DNA of 64,000 nucleotides from Chitinophagales bacterium (GCA_013001465.1 JABDMM010000039.1:32689-96688), one strand, 5' to 3'. Positions 1 through 10,498 are shown, counted from the first letter of the stretch. Made by a program: numbers and translations. The notes: a model not told the origin generated them from the letters alone.

Positions 1-984
1 TCTTTTGAACCAAAGTCTGCGGAAGAATTGGAAGCTTTCAGATTAAAGTTTCTTGGAAACAAAGGGATCATCAAACAGTTATTCGCTGATTTTAAAACTG
101 TCCCAAATGACCAGAAAAAAGATTACGGTCAGTTAGTTAACGAGATCAAGAATGCTGCGGAATCTAAGTTGAAGGAGTTTCAAACAAAGATCACTTCGGC
201 GAAAGATTCAAAGCAATCTTCTATTGATCTTACAGCTCCTGCATATCCAATTCGATTTGGTTCTCGCCATCCGATACAGATCATAAAAAATAAGATAATT
301 GATATCTTTCACAAGATCGGATATGTAGTTGCAGAAGGTCCTGAAATCGAAGATGACTGGCACAACTTCACCGCATTAAACACACCTGAGGATCATCCCG
401 CGCGTGATATGCAGGACACTTTTTACATCTCAGATAGCGAGATGTTGCTAAGGACGCATACTTCATCGGTTCAGATCCGGGAAATGGAAAGCCAGCCTCC
501 TCCGATCAGAATTATAACCCCCGGTCGGGTTTATAGAAATGAAACGATCTCTGCCCGCGCACATTGTACCTTCCATCAGGTTGAAGGATTATATATAGAT
601 GAGGATGTATCATTTGCAGACCTTAAGCAAACCTTACTCTATTTTGCCAGGGAGATGTTTGGACTGAATTCGCAGATCAGATTGAGACCATCCTTTTTTC
701 CGTTTACCGAGATCTCTGCAGAGCTTGATGTGTCTTGTTTTATTTGTGACCAGAAAGGTTGCCCGGTTTGCAAAGGAACAGGCTGGGTTGAGATCATGGG
801 TTGTGGCATGGTAGATCCGGCAGTGCTTGAAAACTGCAATATCAATCCTGATAAATACAGTGGTTTTGCATTTGGTATGGGTATCGAAAGAATAGCCATG
901 TTGAAATACCAGATCGATGATATCAGAATGTTTTTTGAAAATGATATTCGATTCCTTCAACAATTCTCAACTGCAGATCAATGA
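1..984 (+). CDS. pheS: Phenylalanine--tRNA ligase alpha subunit (5' end upstream of window)
   Basis: The frame is open from nt 1, so the TTG at 28 is only a track artefact. PheS class II motifs are present ([36 protein letters not shown]). Confidence 0.95.
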   Translation, partial: SFEPKSAEELEAFRLKFLGNKGIIKQLFADFKTVPNDQKKDYGQLVNEIKNAAESKLKEFQTKITSAKDSKQSSIDLTAPAYPIRFGSRHPIQIIKNKIIDIFHKIGYVVAEGPEIEDDWHNFTALNTPEDHPARDMQDTFYISDSEMLLRTHTSSVQIREMESQPPPIRIITPGRVYRNETISARAHCTFHQVEGLYIDEDVSFADLKQTLLYFAREMFGLNSQIRLRPSFFPFTEISAELDVSCFICDQKGCPVCKGTGWVEIMGCGMVDPAVLENCNINPDKYSGFAFGMGIERIAMLKYQIDDIRMFFENDIRFLQQFSTADQ

Positions 985-1841
985 CCATTTCTGATATTAA
1001 AACAATTGGAGTGGCTGGAGCCGGAACTATGGGCGCAGGAATAGCACAAGTTTCGGCTATGGCTGGTTACAATGTGATCCTTTTTGACGTTCAGGAGGAA
1101 GCGTTAAAGAAAGCAGCCTCTATCATTGCAAATAACCTGGATGGTGCTATCAAAAGAGGAAAGATAGATGACGGAGCAAAAGCGCAGATCTTATCCCGAA
1201 TTTCTTATTCAACAAATATAACCGACCTCATAGGTCAGATAATCATTGAAGCGATCATTGAAAATCTGGAGATCAAACTTGAATTGTTTTCAAAGATCGC
1301 ATCTAACAATACAGCTGATACAATACTCGCTTCAAATACTTCCACCATTCCGATCACGCAAATCGCTGCCGGTATAGAAAACCCGGAAAGAGTTGTAGGG
1401 ATGCATTTTTTCAACCCTGTTCACATTATGAAGCTTGTTGAGGTGATCTCAGGTGCAAAAACTTCAGCTCAAAACCAGGAAACAGTTAAACAACTCGCAG
1501 AGAAGCTTGGTAAAAAAGCTGTGTATGCTAAAGACGCTCCGGGTTTTATTGTCAATCGTGTCGCAAGGCATTTTTATGTTGAATCGCTCAAAGTTGCTGA
1601 AGATGGCGTTGCCGATTTCGAATCGATAGATAAACTTGTTCGATCGATAGGATTCAAAATGGGACCATTTCAATTGATGGACTTGATAGGCGTTGATACC
1701 AATTATTCGGTCACCGAATCCATGTACAATCTATTTAATCAGGACTCAAAGTTTAGACCAAACCGTATTCAGAAGCAAAAAGTAGACGCCGGTGAGATCG
1801 GGCGAAAGTCTGGTAAAGGTTTCTACGATTATTCCGAATAA
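981..1841 (+). CDS. 3-hydroxyacyl/3-hydroxybutyryl-CoA dehydrogenase
   Basis: N-terminal Rossmann motif [15 protein letters not shown]. Family core NTSTIPIT and [18 protein letters not shown] start/stop overlap with pheS. Confidence 0.9.
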   Translation: MTISDIKTIGVAGAGTMGAGIAQVSAMAGYNVILFDVQEEALKKAASIIANNLDGAIKRGKIDDGAKAQILSRISYSTNITDLIGQIIIEAIIENLEIKLELFSKIASNNTADTILASNTSTIPITQIAAGIENPERVVGMHFFNPVHIMKLVEVISGAKTSAQNQETVKQLAEKLGKKAVYAKDAPGFIVNRVARHFYVESLKVAEDGVADFESIDKLVRSIGFKMGPFQLMDLIGVDTNYSVTESMYNLFNQDSKFRPNRIQKQKVDAGEIGRKSGKGFYDYSE

Positions 1842-1874
1842 AAAAAAGCCGGTCAGAAAATTCCAACCGGCTTT
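1840..1874. terminator. Bidirectional rho-independent terminator between convergent genes
   Basis: 7-bp stem agccggt (1847-1853) / accggct (1866-1872) with a 12-nt loop. An A-run lies upstream and T-rich sequence lies downstream. Confidence 0.6.
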
Positions 1875-1913
1875 AATATTTTAGAAGTGGCGTAACCACA
1901 AAAGATCATCACA

Positions 1914-4460
1914 TTATTCAATCACCATTTTCTTTCTGGCAATACCTTTTTCGGTACCAATCTCAACGATATAAACACCAGTTGCTAAATCAGTTGCACT
2001 GATGCTTATCGACTTACTGATTTTGTTTTCAACTTCTGAGATCATATTACCTGCGATGTCATAGATCCTAACCAGCGCTTGTTGAGCTTTATCTGTAAAG
2101 TAGATCATGAATTCACCATTGTTCGGGTTAGGATATAAAAGTATGTTGTTTGACAAGTCAGCCTCATCGATACCTGTTATAACCGTGACCGTCACATCAT
2201 CAGTAAACTGACAACCATTGGTTTTATCTTCGATGGTAAGAGTATACGTTGTATTATTCGTTGGATTAGCGATCGGATTAGCAACAGTATGATCGCTAAG
2301 ACCTAATGTTGGTGACCACGTGTACTTATAATCACCGGAACCGAGATCCAAAAGGATAGAAGGTTTTAATGTGTCACCTGAACCTCCATCCAAAATCGAA
2401 ATGTCGTCCCCGGCATCGATTGTCAAGAATGAGAAGTCAAAAGTGATATCATCCGTGAATGAGCAACCATTATTTTGATCTTCAATTGTAAGTGTGAATG
2501 TAGCATCACCGTTTACAGTTGCTGTTGGCATAAAAATGGAAGTATCTGTAAGACCGTCAGAAGGCGTCCATGTATAAATATAGTTTCCGCTTCCATCGGT
2601 TAATATACTCGGCATGAGATTGAAAGTAAACTCGCCTGTATCACAAATTACAGAATCCATTCCTACTTCAAATGAAAGTGCGGAATCGACCGTAACAGTA
2701 ACCGCATCAGCTCCTGCACAACCAAATCCATTGGTAACTGAAAGAGAGTAAGTTCCGGCAGGAACATTAAGAACAGAGTCAGAAGAACCATTGCTCCACA
2801 TATAGGAAATCGGTGGGAGTAGATCGCCACCTACTTGAGGAACAAGGTCGATAAAGAACTGACCGCAAGTTAAATTAGTATCCGGACCAAGACCGACCTG
2901 TACACTTGATACATCGACATTCACTTCCGTTACACCTGTTTTGCCTTTAAAGTCAGTAACAGACAAACTATATGCTGTCGCAACATCAGTAGTAACAATT
3001 GGATCCGGGCAATAAACACAACTCAGACCTACAGAAGGTGACCATTCATATTGAAGCAATCCATTTCCACCTGAGACTACAGGTTGTAATTGCAATGAAC
3101 CGTTGTCACAAACTGCTTGTTCCTGATCTATACTGACCGAAATGGTAGTATCAAAACCAGAGCATGCGGTAAGTGATGGATAATCAACAAAAAGAGTATC
3201 CAGTGTCCAGCAAGTGTCCTGAGCATTTTTAACTCTCACGGTATATGCGAGTCCAAAAACAGAAAGCAGTCCATCGCTTATATTCAGAGGAGAACCATTA
3301 TTTGCATTACGCATCCATGCATCGGCATAAATTTGAAGTTCATATTGTCCAACAATATCATTCGTTACACCAAACAATCCAATACATCCATTTTCAGCGC
3401 CCTTGTAGATATGATTTGCTCTATCTGTTTGCCAGGAAATACCACATGGTAAATTCAGGATTCTTTTAAGGCGGATACTGTCGATCAAGTATGGTCCGAA
3501 AGCCGGGATCTGCACTGTATCGAAGTTTACAAACTGAATCACCTCATTATAATATGAACCACGATCGATGCATGGTAACTCGTTTTGGTCTGGTGAAAGC
3601 CCGGGTTCTACTAATGAAACATCCGGTGTGCAAGAACTTCCTATGTTGCAATCGATAACTTCTACAAGTTGCACAATACTTTCTGAGCAGCCTCCAATAT
3701 TCATAGTTAATGTGATATAGTACATTCCCGGAGCAGAATATGTCTGCGTCACAGTATCGGCGAATGTACTCACAGGTGCCAGGCTATCTCCAAAGTTCCA
3801 GCTCCAGCTTGTAATCGCATTTCCACCAACAGAGTCTAACGAAAGAGACTTGTTAACAAAAGGATAAGTAGTGCCCGCACATAACTGAGTAAAGGCACCA
3901 ATAGCAATATCCTGACCAGTTGGATCCTGGAAAATGACAAAGCAATCTTCGGCTACGCAACCGAAATCATTTGTTGCAGTAACACAATATGCGCCTGGAG
4001 TTAATCCAGAAAAGAAGAAATCCGTACTTCCCGTATTCCAAAGGAAAGTAGCTGGCAAAGCACCTGAAACGCTTGGAGCATAGAAACCTGAAGTAGCTCC
4101 ACAGGTGAAAAACAGGTCTGGACCTGCATCGATACTAATACTCTTTTCATCCACTTTTATCGTATCCGAAAAAGTATTGGCCAAGGCATCTGTAATTGTT
4201 AAGATGTAAGTCTGATCGATAACATCAACAATAATCCCTGAATTTTCTGAAGTCGGGTTTACCACATTTGTCGACGGAGTCCAGCTTACGGTATATGGTG
4301 GAGTTCCACTCTGAATATCCGCAACCAGATAAATGGTATCCCCTGGGCACCCAGCTGTATCTGGACCCAAATCAACACTAGGAGTTCCAGCCACCGCAGT
4401 AAGCGAGAACATTGATATTATTCCTAATATTGCAAAGACTCTTGTAAAAGATTGTTTCAT
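1914..4460 (-). CDS. T9SS-secreted cell-surface protein with Ig-like/PKD-like and SprB-type repeats
   Basis: Signal peptide. Repeated modules of about 45 aa (Y.WTPS.GL...TYTLTIED.NGC.FTDD.T) and SprB-like repeats (W..GS....L..G.Y.V..TN.FGC). C-terminal sorting domain LLYPNPNNGEFMIYF...GVYIVEI. Confidence 0.85.
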   Translation of the reverse strand: MKQSFTRVFAILGIISMFSLTAVAGTPSVDLGPDTAGCPGDTIYLVADIQSGTPPYTVSWTPSTNVVNPTSENSGIIVDVIDQTYILTITDALANTFSDTIKVDEKSISIDAGPDLFFTCGATSGFYAPSVSGALPATFLWNTGSTDFFFSGLTPGAYCVTATNDFGCVAEDCFVIFQDPTGQDIAIGAFTQLCAGTTYPFVNKSLSLDSVGGNAITSWSWNFGDSLAPVSTFADTVTQTYSAPGMYYITLTMNIGGCSESIVQLVEVIDCNIGSSCTPDVSLVEPGLSPDQNELPCIDRGSYYNEVIQFVNFDTVQIPAFGPYLIDSIRLKRILNLPCGISWQTDRANHIYKGAENGCIGLFGVTNDIVGQYELQIYADAWMRNANNGSPLNISDGLLSVFGLAYTVRVKNAQDTCWTLDTLFVDYPSLTACSGFDTTISVSIDQEQAVCDNGSLQLQPVVSGGNGLLQYEWSPSVGLSCVYCPDPIVTTDVATAYSLSVTDFKGKTGVTEVNVDVSSVQVGLGPDTNLTCGQFFIDLVPQVGGDLLPPISYMWSNGSSDSVLNVPAGTYSLSVTNGFGCAGADAVTVTVDSALSFEVGMDSVICDTGEFTFNLMPSILTDGSGNYIYTWTPSDGLTDTSIFMPTATVNGDATFTLTIEDQNNGCSFTDDITFDFSFLTIDAGDDISILDGGSGDTLKPSILLDLGSGDYKYTWSPTLGLSDHTVANPIANPTNNTTYTLTIEDKTNGCQFTDDVTVTVITGIDEADLSNNILLYPNPNNGEFMIYFTDKAQQALVRIYDIAGNMISEVENKISKSISISATDLATGVYIVEIGTEKGIARKKMVIE

Positions 4461-4550
4461 TGTATTTTAAATTTAGTTTGAGTTTTTGAAACGAAGAGCT
4501 AAGTTAACAAAAGATAGTCTTATAATAGTTACAGAAGTAATTACAGCTAA

Positions 4551-5576
4551 TTGAAGAAAAGAACCGACACATATCAATTTATTTCTAAATTAAGTCTTCT
4601 TAAAGTGTTGAACGCAGCCCGGGTGTACAGTTCCTTTATACTTTCTAAATGGACTAAAAAACCAATTCAGTGGGGAGCGCCTTTCAATGTTTCTATCGAA
4701 CCCACGACGAGTTGCAATCTTGGCTGCCCTGAATGTCCAAGCGGATTAAGGAGTTTTAGCAGACCAACCGGTCGTCTTGATGTTAAATTGTATCAAAGTA
4801 TCCTGGATCAGCTATCGGATACATTGATCTATTTATACTTCTATTTTCAAGGTGAGCCTTATCTGCACCCAAATTTTCTAGAATTGGTTAAAGAAGCGTC
4901 TGGAAAGAACATTTATACGGTGACCTCAACGAATGGACACTTTCTTAGCAAAAGAAAAGCAATTGAAACTGTTGAATCTGGCCTGAGCAGGATCATCATT
5001 TCGATCGATGGCACAACACAAGAAGTTTATGAGCAATATAGAAGAAACGGCTCATTGGATAAAGTGATCACCGGTGCTCGAAACTTAGTAGAAGCAAAAA
5101 AGGAATTGAACTCAAAAACACCACACATTATTTTTCAGTTTTTAGTGGTTAAACCGAATGAGCACCAAATAGCGGAAGTGGAAAAACTCACGGCAGAAAT
5201 TGGTGTGGATGAGTTAACGCTTAAAACAGCGCAGATTTATGATTATGAAAAAGGAAACGAATTGATTCCTTCTATCGATCAGTATTCACGCTACAAAAAG
5301 CAGAAGGACGGAAGTTATAAGATCAAGAATCCGATGCTAAATCACTGTTGGAAGCTATGGCATTCTTGTGTGTTAACCTGGGATGGTAAAGTTGTTCCGT
5401 GTTGTTTCGATAAAGATGCAAAGTACCAGTTAGGAGATCTGAATACTTCAACATTTAAGACGATCTGGAAGAATGAAAAATATTATGCATTTCGACAATC
5501 GGTGTTAAGATCACGATCCGAGATAGATATATGCACGAATTGTACTGAAGGAACCAAAGTGTGGGCTGAAAGCTAA
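4551..5576 (+). CDS. Radical SAM / SPASM-domain protein
   Basis: CNLGCPEC (Cx3Cx2C) cluster motif and a Cys-rich C-terminus (CCFDKD...CTNCTEG). TTG start directly after an in-frame TAA, with no ATG before the cluster motif. Confidence 0.8.
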   Translation: MKKRTDTYQFISKLSLLKVLNAARVYSSFILSKWTKKPIQWGAPFNVSIEPTTSCNLGCPECPSGLRSFSRPTGRLDVKLYQSILDQLSDTLIYLYFYFQGEPYLHPNFLELVKEASGKNIYTVTSTNGHFLSKRKAIETVESGLSRIIISIDGTTQEVYEQYRRNGSLDKVITGARNLVEAKKELNSKTPHIIFQFLVVKPNEHQIAEVEKLTAEIGVDELTLKTAQIYDYEKGNELIPSIDQYSRYKKQKDGSYKIKNPMLNHCWKLWHSCVLTWDGKVVPCCFDKDAKYQLGDLNTSTFKTIWKNEKYYAFRQSVLRSRSEIDICTNCTEGTKVWAES

Positions 5577-5584
5577 ATGAGAAA

Positions 5585-6145
5585 TTAAACCGTCATGATC
5601 TCTTCTTCCTTTCTGCTAAGATGTTTTTCGACCTTTTCTCCGTAGTCATTGGTGATATTCTGGATCGTAGCTTCTGCTTTCTTTGACTCATCTTCAGCTA
5701 AACCATCCTTTTGCAGATCTTTGATCGCATCATTAGCTTCTTTTCTGTAATGACGAATAGAAACACGGGTATTTTCAGCTATCGTTTTTGTTTGTTTGAC
5801 CAGGTCTCGTCTTCTTTCCTCTGTTAGCGGTGGAATGTTAAGTCGGATAAATTCTCCGTCATTTTGTGGTGTAATACCAATATTAGCTTGAAGAATTGCT
5901 TTTTCTATCGCCTGCAAAAGCGATTTATCCCAAGGTTGAATGCTGATTGTGCGACCATCGGGTGTTGCGACGTTGGCTAATTGATTAATTGGCGTAGAGG
6001 CACCATAAGCATCGGCAGTCACTCCATTGAGAATGGCGGGACTCGCTTTGCCGGCTCTCACTTTTGACAATTCAAGTTCTAAATGCTCGATCGCCTTATC
6101 CATTTTTTCCCTGGTTTGATTCAGGATTGTTGCTACATTACTCAT
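5585..6145 (-). CDS. frr: Ribosome recycling factor
   Basis: Full-length match to the RRF pattern (MDKAIEHLELELSKVRAGKASP..., RRDLVK). Confidence 0.96.
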   Translation of the reverse strand: MSNVATILNQTREKMDKAIEHLELELSKVRAGKASPAILNGVTADAYGASTPINQLANVATPDGRTISIQPWDKSLLQAIEKAILQANIGITPQNDGEFIRLNIPPLTEERRRDLVKQTKTIAENTRVSIRHYRKEANDAIKDLQKDGLAEDESKKAEATIQNITNDYGEKVEKHLSRKEEEIMTV

Positions 6146-6178
6146 TATATCAATAGATTTTAATACAGTAAATTAAAT

Positions 6179-6883
6179 TCACGAAACCAAAGTTCCAATT
6201 TTATCGCCTTTGAGGATCTTAACCAAATTTTTTGGTCTATTCATATCAAAGATTATGATTGGAAGCTTGTTTTCCTGACAGAGTGTAAATGCGGTTAAAT
6301 CCATCACATTCAACTTTTTAGACAACACTTCTGCGAATGAGATCTCTGAAAATCGCACCGCATTCTGGTCTAATTTCGGGTCTGCCGAATATACACCATC
6401 AACTTTTGTGCCTTTTAATATAACATTAGCTTCTATTTCAACAGCTCTTAAGGAAGCTGCAGTATCTGTAGTAAAATAAGGATTTCCGGTTCCTGCTCCA
6501 AAGATCACAATTCTGCCTTTCTCAAGGTGGCGAATAGCTCTGCGTCTGATAAACGGTTCAGCAACCTCTTTCATTTCGATCGCTGACATCAATCGGGTTT
6601 TCATACCGGCATGTTCGAGTCCGCTTTGCAATGCCAGACCATTGATCATGGTGGCTAACATTCCCATATAATCTCCGGTTACTCTTTCGATACCGCTTTC
6701 ATGTGCCTGTAATCCCCTGAAGATATTACCACCTCCGATCACAATTGCAATTTCGACACCCTCATCGTGAACCTCTTTAATATCGTCGGCATATTGTTTA
6801 ACCCTTTCAGGGTCAATCCCGAAATTTTGATTTCCCATCAAAGATTCGCCGCTCAGCTTTAGCAGTATACGTTTATATGACAT
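6179..6883 (-). CDS. pyrH: UMP kinase
   Basis: [10 protein letters not shown] and GGGNIFRG motifs. I prefer the ATG at 6883 over the upstream GTG at 6901 used by the ORF track. Confidence 0.95.
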   Translation of the reverse strand: MSYKRILLKLSGESLMGNQNFGIDPERVKQYADDIKEVHDEGVEIAIVIGGGNIFRGLQAHESGIERVTGDYMGMLATMINGLALQSGLEHAGMKTRLMSAIEMKEVAEPFIRRRAIRHLEKGRIVIFGAGTGNPYFTTDTAASLRAVEIEANVILKGTKVDGVYSADPKLDQNAVRFSEISFAEVLSKKLNVMDLTAFTLCQENKLPIIIFDMNRPKNLVKILKGDKIGTLVS

Positions 6884-6932
6884 CGGGATTAAATTTAGCA
6901 CAAATACCGATAAGAGTGGGTTTACAGCACAT

Positions 6933-6960
6933 AAAAAAAGCCCTGAAAATATTCAGGGCT
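6933..6960 (-). terminator. Rho-independent terminator after tsf
   Basis: 9-bp stem agccctgaa (6939-6947) / ttcagggct (6952-6960) with a 4-nt loop. On the minus strand it is followed by a 7-nt T-run (6933-6939). Confidence 0.75.
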
Positions 6961-6985
6961 TTAATATATTGAATTGGAGTAAAAA

Positions 6986-7813
6986 TTATCCTAAAGCAAC
7001 TCGTTTAAAACCGATGATGGTGAGTTCTTTATTTTTCTCACCGAGCACCTCTTTAACTGTTTTAGAACCATCTTTTACAAATTGTTGATTCAACAAAGTA
7101 TTCTCTTTGTAATACTTTTTCAATTTACCTTCAGCGATCTTCTCTACGATATTCTCCGGCTTACCTTCTGCAACTGCTTGCTCTTTTCCAATTTGGAATT
7201 CGCGCTCTTTAACAGTTTCAGGAACATCACTTTCGTCTATTGCAATAGGATTCATTGCAGCAATTTGCATAGCAACATCCTTCGCAAGATCCGAAGTACC
7301 GTTTTCTGACTTGTTCATAGCAACGAGTACGCCGATCTTATTTCCAGCGTGAATATAAGGAACAACTAATTCGCCTTCTAATTCTTCTAAAGCAGCAACT
7401 TGAATATTCTCACCGATGGCTCCAACTTTCTCAGATAATTTTTCCTTCACAGTGGCACCATCATAATCCGTATCCAAAAGTTCATCTATACTCTTCACTC
7501 CTTTAGACATTGCAAGATCTGTAAGAGAGCTGGCAAAATCTATGAATTCCTGGTTTCTCGCAACGAAATCAGTTTCGCTACTCAATTGCAGAACGATGCC
7601 TTTTTTGCGATCATCCGAAGTTTTTGCGATTACCACACCTTCTTTAGCCTCACGACCAGCTCTGAGTTGTGATACCTTCTGACCTTTCTTTCTGAGGTAG
7701 TCGATAGCTGCATCTAAATCACCATTAGATTCAGTAAGTGCTTTCTTACAATCCATCAAACCGGCTCCGGTTTGCTTTCTCAGTTCGTTGACGTCTTTTG
7801 CAGTAATAGTCAT
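6986..7813 (-). CDS. tsf: Elongation factor Ts
   Basis: N-terminal UBA-like ITAKDVNELRKQTGAGLMDCKKAL and the EF-Ts core. Confidence 0.96.
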   Translation of the reverse strand: MTITAKDVNELRKQTGAGLMDCKKALTESNGDLDAAIDYLRKKGQKVSQLRAGREAKEGVVIAKTSDDRKKGIVLQLSSETDFVARNQEFIDFASSLTDLAMSKGVKSIDELLDTDYDGATVKEKLSEKVGAIGENIQVAALEELEGELVVPYIHAGNKIGVLVAMNKSENGTSDLAKDVAMQIAAMNPIAIDESDVPETVKEREFQIGKEQAVAEGKPENIVEKIAEGKLKKYYKENTLLNQQFVKDGSKTVKEVLGEKNKELTIIGFKRVALG

Positions 7814-7825
7814 TATAAATCCTTT

Positions 7826-8761
7826 TTACTTTTTCGTTTTCTTAATTATTATCTTTTTCTTACCCTCATCTGCTCCTTCCTCATTTACTTCTTCTGCAGT
7901 AGCTTCTACCTTTTCAGAAGAATCCTTTGCATCTGTTGATTCAGCTTCAGCTTTTGCTTTCTTTTCAGCTTTTTCTGCTTTTTCTGCTTTTGCTTTCTCT
8001 TCTTTCTCCTTTTTCTTTTGTTTTTCAGCTTCCTCTCTTGCTTTTTCCTCAAGTTCTAACTCAGCCTTCATTTTCTTTCTTTCTTCCAGACCCTCTTTGA
8101 TCGCAGCTGCCAAGTAGCGCGTGATGATCTCGATCGACTTCGCTGCATCGTCATTTGCAGGGATCACAAAATCAACTTCGTTAGGATCGGAATTAGTATC
8201 AACCATAGCGAACGTAGAAATGTTCAATTTCTTCGCTTCATTGAGTGCGATGTGTTCGTGCATGATATCCACCATAAACAACGCCGCCGGCAGCCTGTTT
8301 AGAGGTGCGATACCGCCGAGAACAGTTTCCATCTTATCTCTCTCTCTGGTTTTAACCAATCTTTCCTTTTTGGTCACATTCTCCAATGTTCCATCCTTAA
8401 GCGCTTTGTCGAGACTCTGCATTTTCTTGATCGACTTTCTGATAGTCGAAAAGTTCGTTAACATTCCTCCTAACCATCTTTCGGTTACGAAAGGCATGTT
8501 GACCTCCATAGCGATCTCCTTAACAATTTCCTTTGCCTGCTTCTTGGTAGCAACGAACAAGATCTTTTTGCCTGATTTAGCAATAGACTTCATCGCAGCA
8601 GCAGCCTCATCAAGTTTCTCATACGTTTTATTCACATCGATGATATGAATACCCTTCTTCTCCATGAAGATATAAGGAAGCATTTTTGGATTCCACTTCT
8701 TTCTAAGATGTCCAAAGTGAACACCAGCCTTAACGAGATCCTGAGATGTAATTTGTGACAT
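7826..8761 (-). CDS. rpsB: 30S ribosomal protein S2 with Lys/Glu/Ala-rich C-terminal extension
   Basis: VHFGHLRKKWNPKM and the S2 core, followed by a low-complexity tail of about 87 aa. Confidence 0.96.
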   Translation of the reverse strand: MSQITSQDLVKAGVHFGHLRKKWNPKMLPYIFMEKKGIHIIDVNKTYEKLDEAAAAMKSIAKSGKKILFVATKKQAKEIVKEIAMEVNMPFVTERWLGGMLTNFSTIRKSIKKMQSLDKALKDGTLENVTKKERLVKTRERDKMETVLGGIAPLNRLPAALFMVDIMHEHIALNEAKKLNISTFAMVDTNSDPNEVDFVIPANDDAAKSIEIITRYLAAAIKEGLEERKKMKAELELEEKAREEAEKQKKKEKEEKAKAEKAEKAEKKAKAEAESTDAKDSSEKVEATAEEVNEEGADEGKKKIIIKKTKK

Positions 8762-8767
8762 ATATAA

Positions 8768-9154
8768 TTATCTTTTCGAGTATTGTTCTTTCTTTCTTGC
8801 TTTTCTATAACCAGGCTTTTTACGCTCAACCGCTCTTGGGTCTCTTGTCAATAACCTGTGCTTCTTTAGTTCTGGTCTTATCTCTTCGTCAACCATTAGC
8901 ACTGCTCTTGCAATACCAAGTTGAACCGCTTCAGCCTGACCTTTAACACCACCACCTCTTACATTCACCTTAAGACTGAACTTACCGTCCATATCTGCAA
9001 GTTTAAGAGGTTCCAATATTTTATTCTGGAGATAAACTAAAGGGAAATACTCTTTGAAGTCTTTTTTATTGACAATGATCTCTCCCTTTCCTTTCTTTAA
9101 GAAGACTCTTGCGATCGCAGCCTTTCTTCTTCCTATTGCGACATTTTTCTCCAT
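8768..9154 (-). CDS. rpsI: 30S ribosomal protein S9
   Basis: GGGVKGQAEAVQLGIARA, with C-terminal PGYRKARKKEQYSKR. Confidence 0.97.
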   Translation of the reverse strand: MEKNVAIGRRKAAIARVFLKKGKGEIIVNKKDFKEYFPLVYLQNKILEPLKLADMDGKFSLKVNVRGGGVKGQAEAVQLGIARAVLMVDEEIRPELKKHRLLTRDPRAVERKKPGYRKARKKEQYSKR

Positions 9155-9158
9155 ACTA

Positions 9159-9605
9159 TTATTTGAGTTTTAATTCTTTTGGTTTTTGAGCTGTATGTGG
9201 ATGCTCGTTTCCGTCGTATACAAAAAGCTTCTTGAACATTTGTCTTCCCAATCGATTCTTAGGTAACATTCCTTTAACAGATTGCTCGATCATCGCTGTT
9301 GGCTTCTTTCTGTTTAGATCCTTTGCAGCCGTGATCTTCTGACCTCCGGGATAACCACTGAAAGTGATGTATTTCTTATCATTCCATTTATTCCCACTTA
9401 AGTGGATCTTATTGGAATTCAATACAATGACATAATCCCCGGTATCAACATGAGCTGTATATGAAGCTTTATGCTTACCTCTTAGTACTGTTGCAATTCT
9501 CGATACCAATCTGCCTAAAGTTTGACCTTCTGCATCGACGACGTACCAATCTCGCGTAACGTCTTCTTTTCTGGCATGTTGTGTTCTATAACTTAACGTA
9601 TTCAA
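9159..9605 (-). CDS. rplM: 50S ribosomal protein L13
   Basis: WYVVDAEGQTLGRLVSRIATVLRGKHK. The apparent start is TTG. Confidence 0.96.
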   Translation of the reverse strand: MNTLSYRTQHARKEDVTRDWYVVDAEGQTLGRLVSRIATVLRGKHKASYTAHVDTGDYVIVLNSNKIHLSGNKWNDKKYITFSGYPGGQKITAAKDLNRKKPTAMIEQSVKGMLPKNRLGRQMFKKLFVYDGNEHPHTAQKPKELKLK

Positions 9606-9638
9606 AACGTATATTTTTTAGCTTGAAAAAACGGACTG

Positions 9639-9670
9639 CAAAGATAGATTAAATATCTTTTCTCCACAAA
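9639..9670 (-). promoter_or_regulatory. Bacteroidota sigma-A type promoter of the rplM-rpsI-rpsB-tsf operon
   Basis: Minus strand reads TTTG-N20-TATCTTTG (-33 at 9667-9670, -7 at 9639-9646). It lies 33 nt upstream of the rplM start and matches the TTTG-N19-21-TAnnTTTG consensus. Confidence 0.6.
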
Positions 9671-9733
9671 GAAAATAGTGGGAAAAGTACATTTGACTGA
9701 GGAAGAAGAATCTTTCTGAAAAAGAGATCGATC

Positions 9734-10429
9734 CTAGTCTCTCCTGCTGAGGAATAGCATCACATATCGAAGTAGGATAGCTATCGAACTCAGAGCTGCC
9801 ACAACATATGTCATCGCTGCCCATTTTAATGCATCCTTGGCTTTTTCGTGCTCATCTCCAAATGTGATATTTGTTCGATTTAACCATGCTAATGCACGAT
9901 TGCTCGCATCGAATTCTACAGGTAAAGTGATAACTGTAAAAAGTGTAGTTGTTGCGAATAGAATAATTCCTGCTAACAAAACCATGGTATTCCCACTCAT
10001 AGCCATAAGCACTAAACCAGCCATAATGATCCAGTTTGAAAGTCTTGAACTAACATTAACAATAGGGACAAGACTGCTTCTCATCTGCAAAAATGCATAT
10101 GCTTGTTGATGTTGAATAGCATGTCCACATTCATGAGCAGATACAGCTGCCGCTGAAACACTTCTGCCTTCATAAACTTCAGGACTGAGGTTAACTGTTT
10201 TCTTTGCGGGATTGTAATGGTCGCTTAAGAACCCGGGTACAGATACCACGGAAACATCATGAATACCATTTTCACGAAGCATTTTTTCTGCGATCTCTCT
10301 TCCACTTAGGCCAGCTTTTATTGGAATTTGTGAGTATTCATTGAACTTACTTTTAAGTCGGCTGCTTACTAAACCGCCGATACCCATAAAAACCAATGAA
10401 ATAATAATGATCGGTAAATCGAAACCCAT
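9734..10429 (-). CDS. Membrane zinc metallopeptidase (YugP-like, Zn_peptidase_2)
   Basis: HECGHAIQH (HExxH) motif, one N-terminal TM helix and C-terminal TM helices. Size and layout are typical of the family. Confidence 0.85.
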   Translation of the reverse strand: MGFDLPIIIISLVFMGIGGLVSSRLKSKFNEYSQIPIKAGLSGREIAEKMLRENGIHDVSVVSVPGFLSDHYNPAKKTVNLSPEVYEGRSVSAAAVSAHECGHAIQHQQAYAFLQMRSSLVPIVNVSSRLSNWIIMAGLVLMAMSGNTMVLLAGIILFATTTLFTVITLPVEFDASNRALAWLNRTNITFGDEHEKAKDALKWAAMTYVVAALSSIAILLRYVMLFLSRRD

Positions 10430-10498
10430 TTTTTAATTTATTTTAAGTGGATATATCAAATCCCGTGCAAATTAAATTATTCTGAAATAATGTCATCG

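Noticed and set aside
7930-8010. Short reiterated ttttctgc/ttttgc units that look like a micro-repeat array.
   Set aside because: They lie inside the rpsB coding tail and encode (A/E/K)n. The units are only 6-9 nt with no spacers, so this is not a CRISPR or a regulatory repeat.
7788-8648. Two long plus-strand ORFs (109 and 175 aa) opposite rpsB.
   Set aside because: They are antisense to a highly conserved ribosomal protein gene. Their translations are Ser/Phe/Ala-rich low complexity, produced by the complement of Lys/Glu/Ala codons.
9618-9824. A 68-aa minus-strand ORF bridging the rplM promoter region and the end of the metallopeptidase gene.
   Set aside because: It overlaps a supported CDS out of frame and overlaps the predicted rplM promoter. 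Its composition is Cys/Ser/Phe-rich and atypical.
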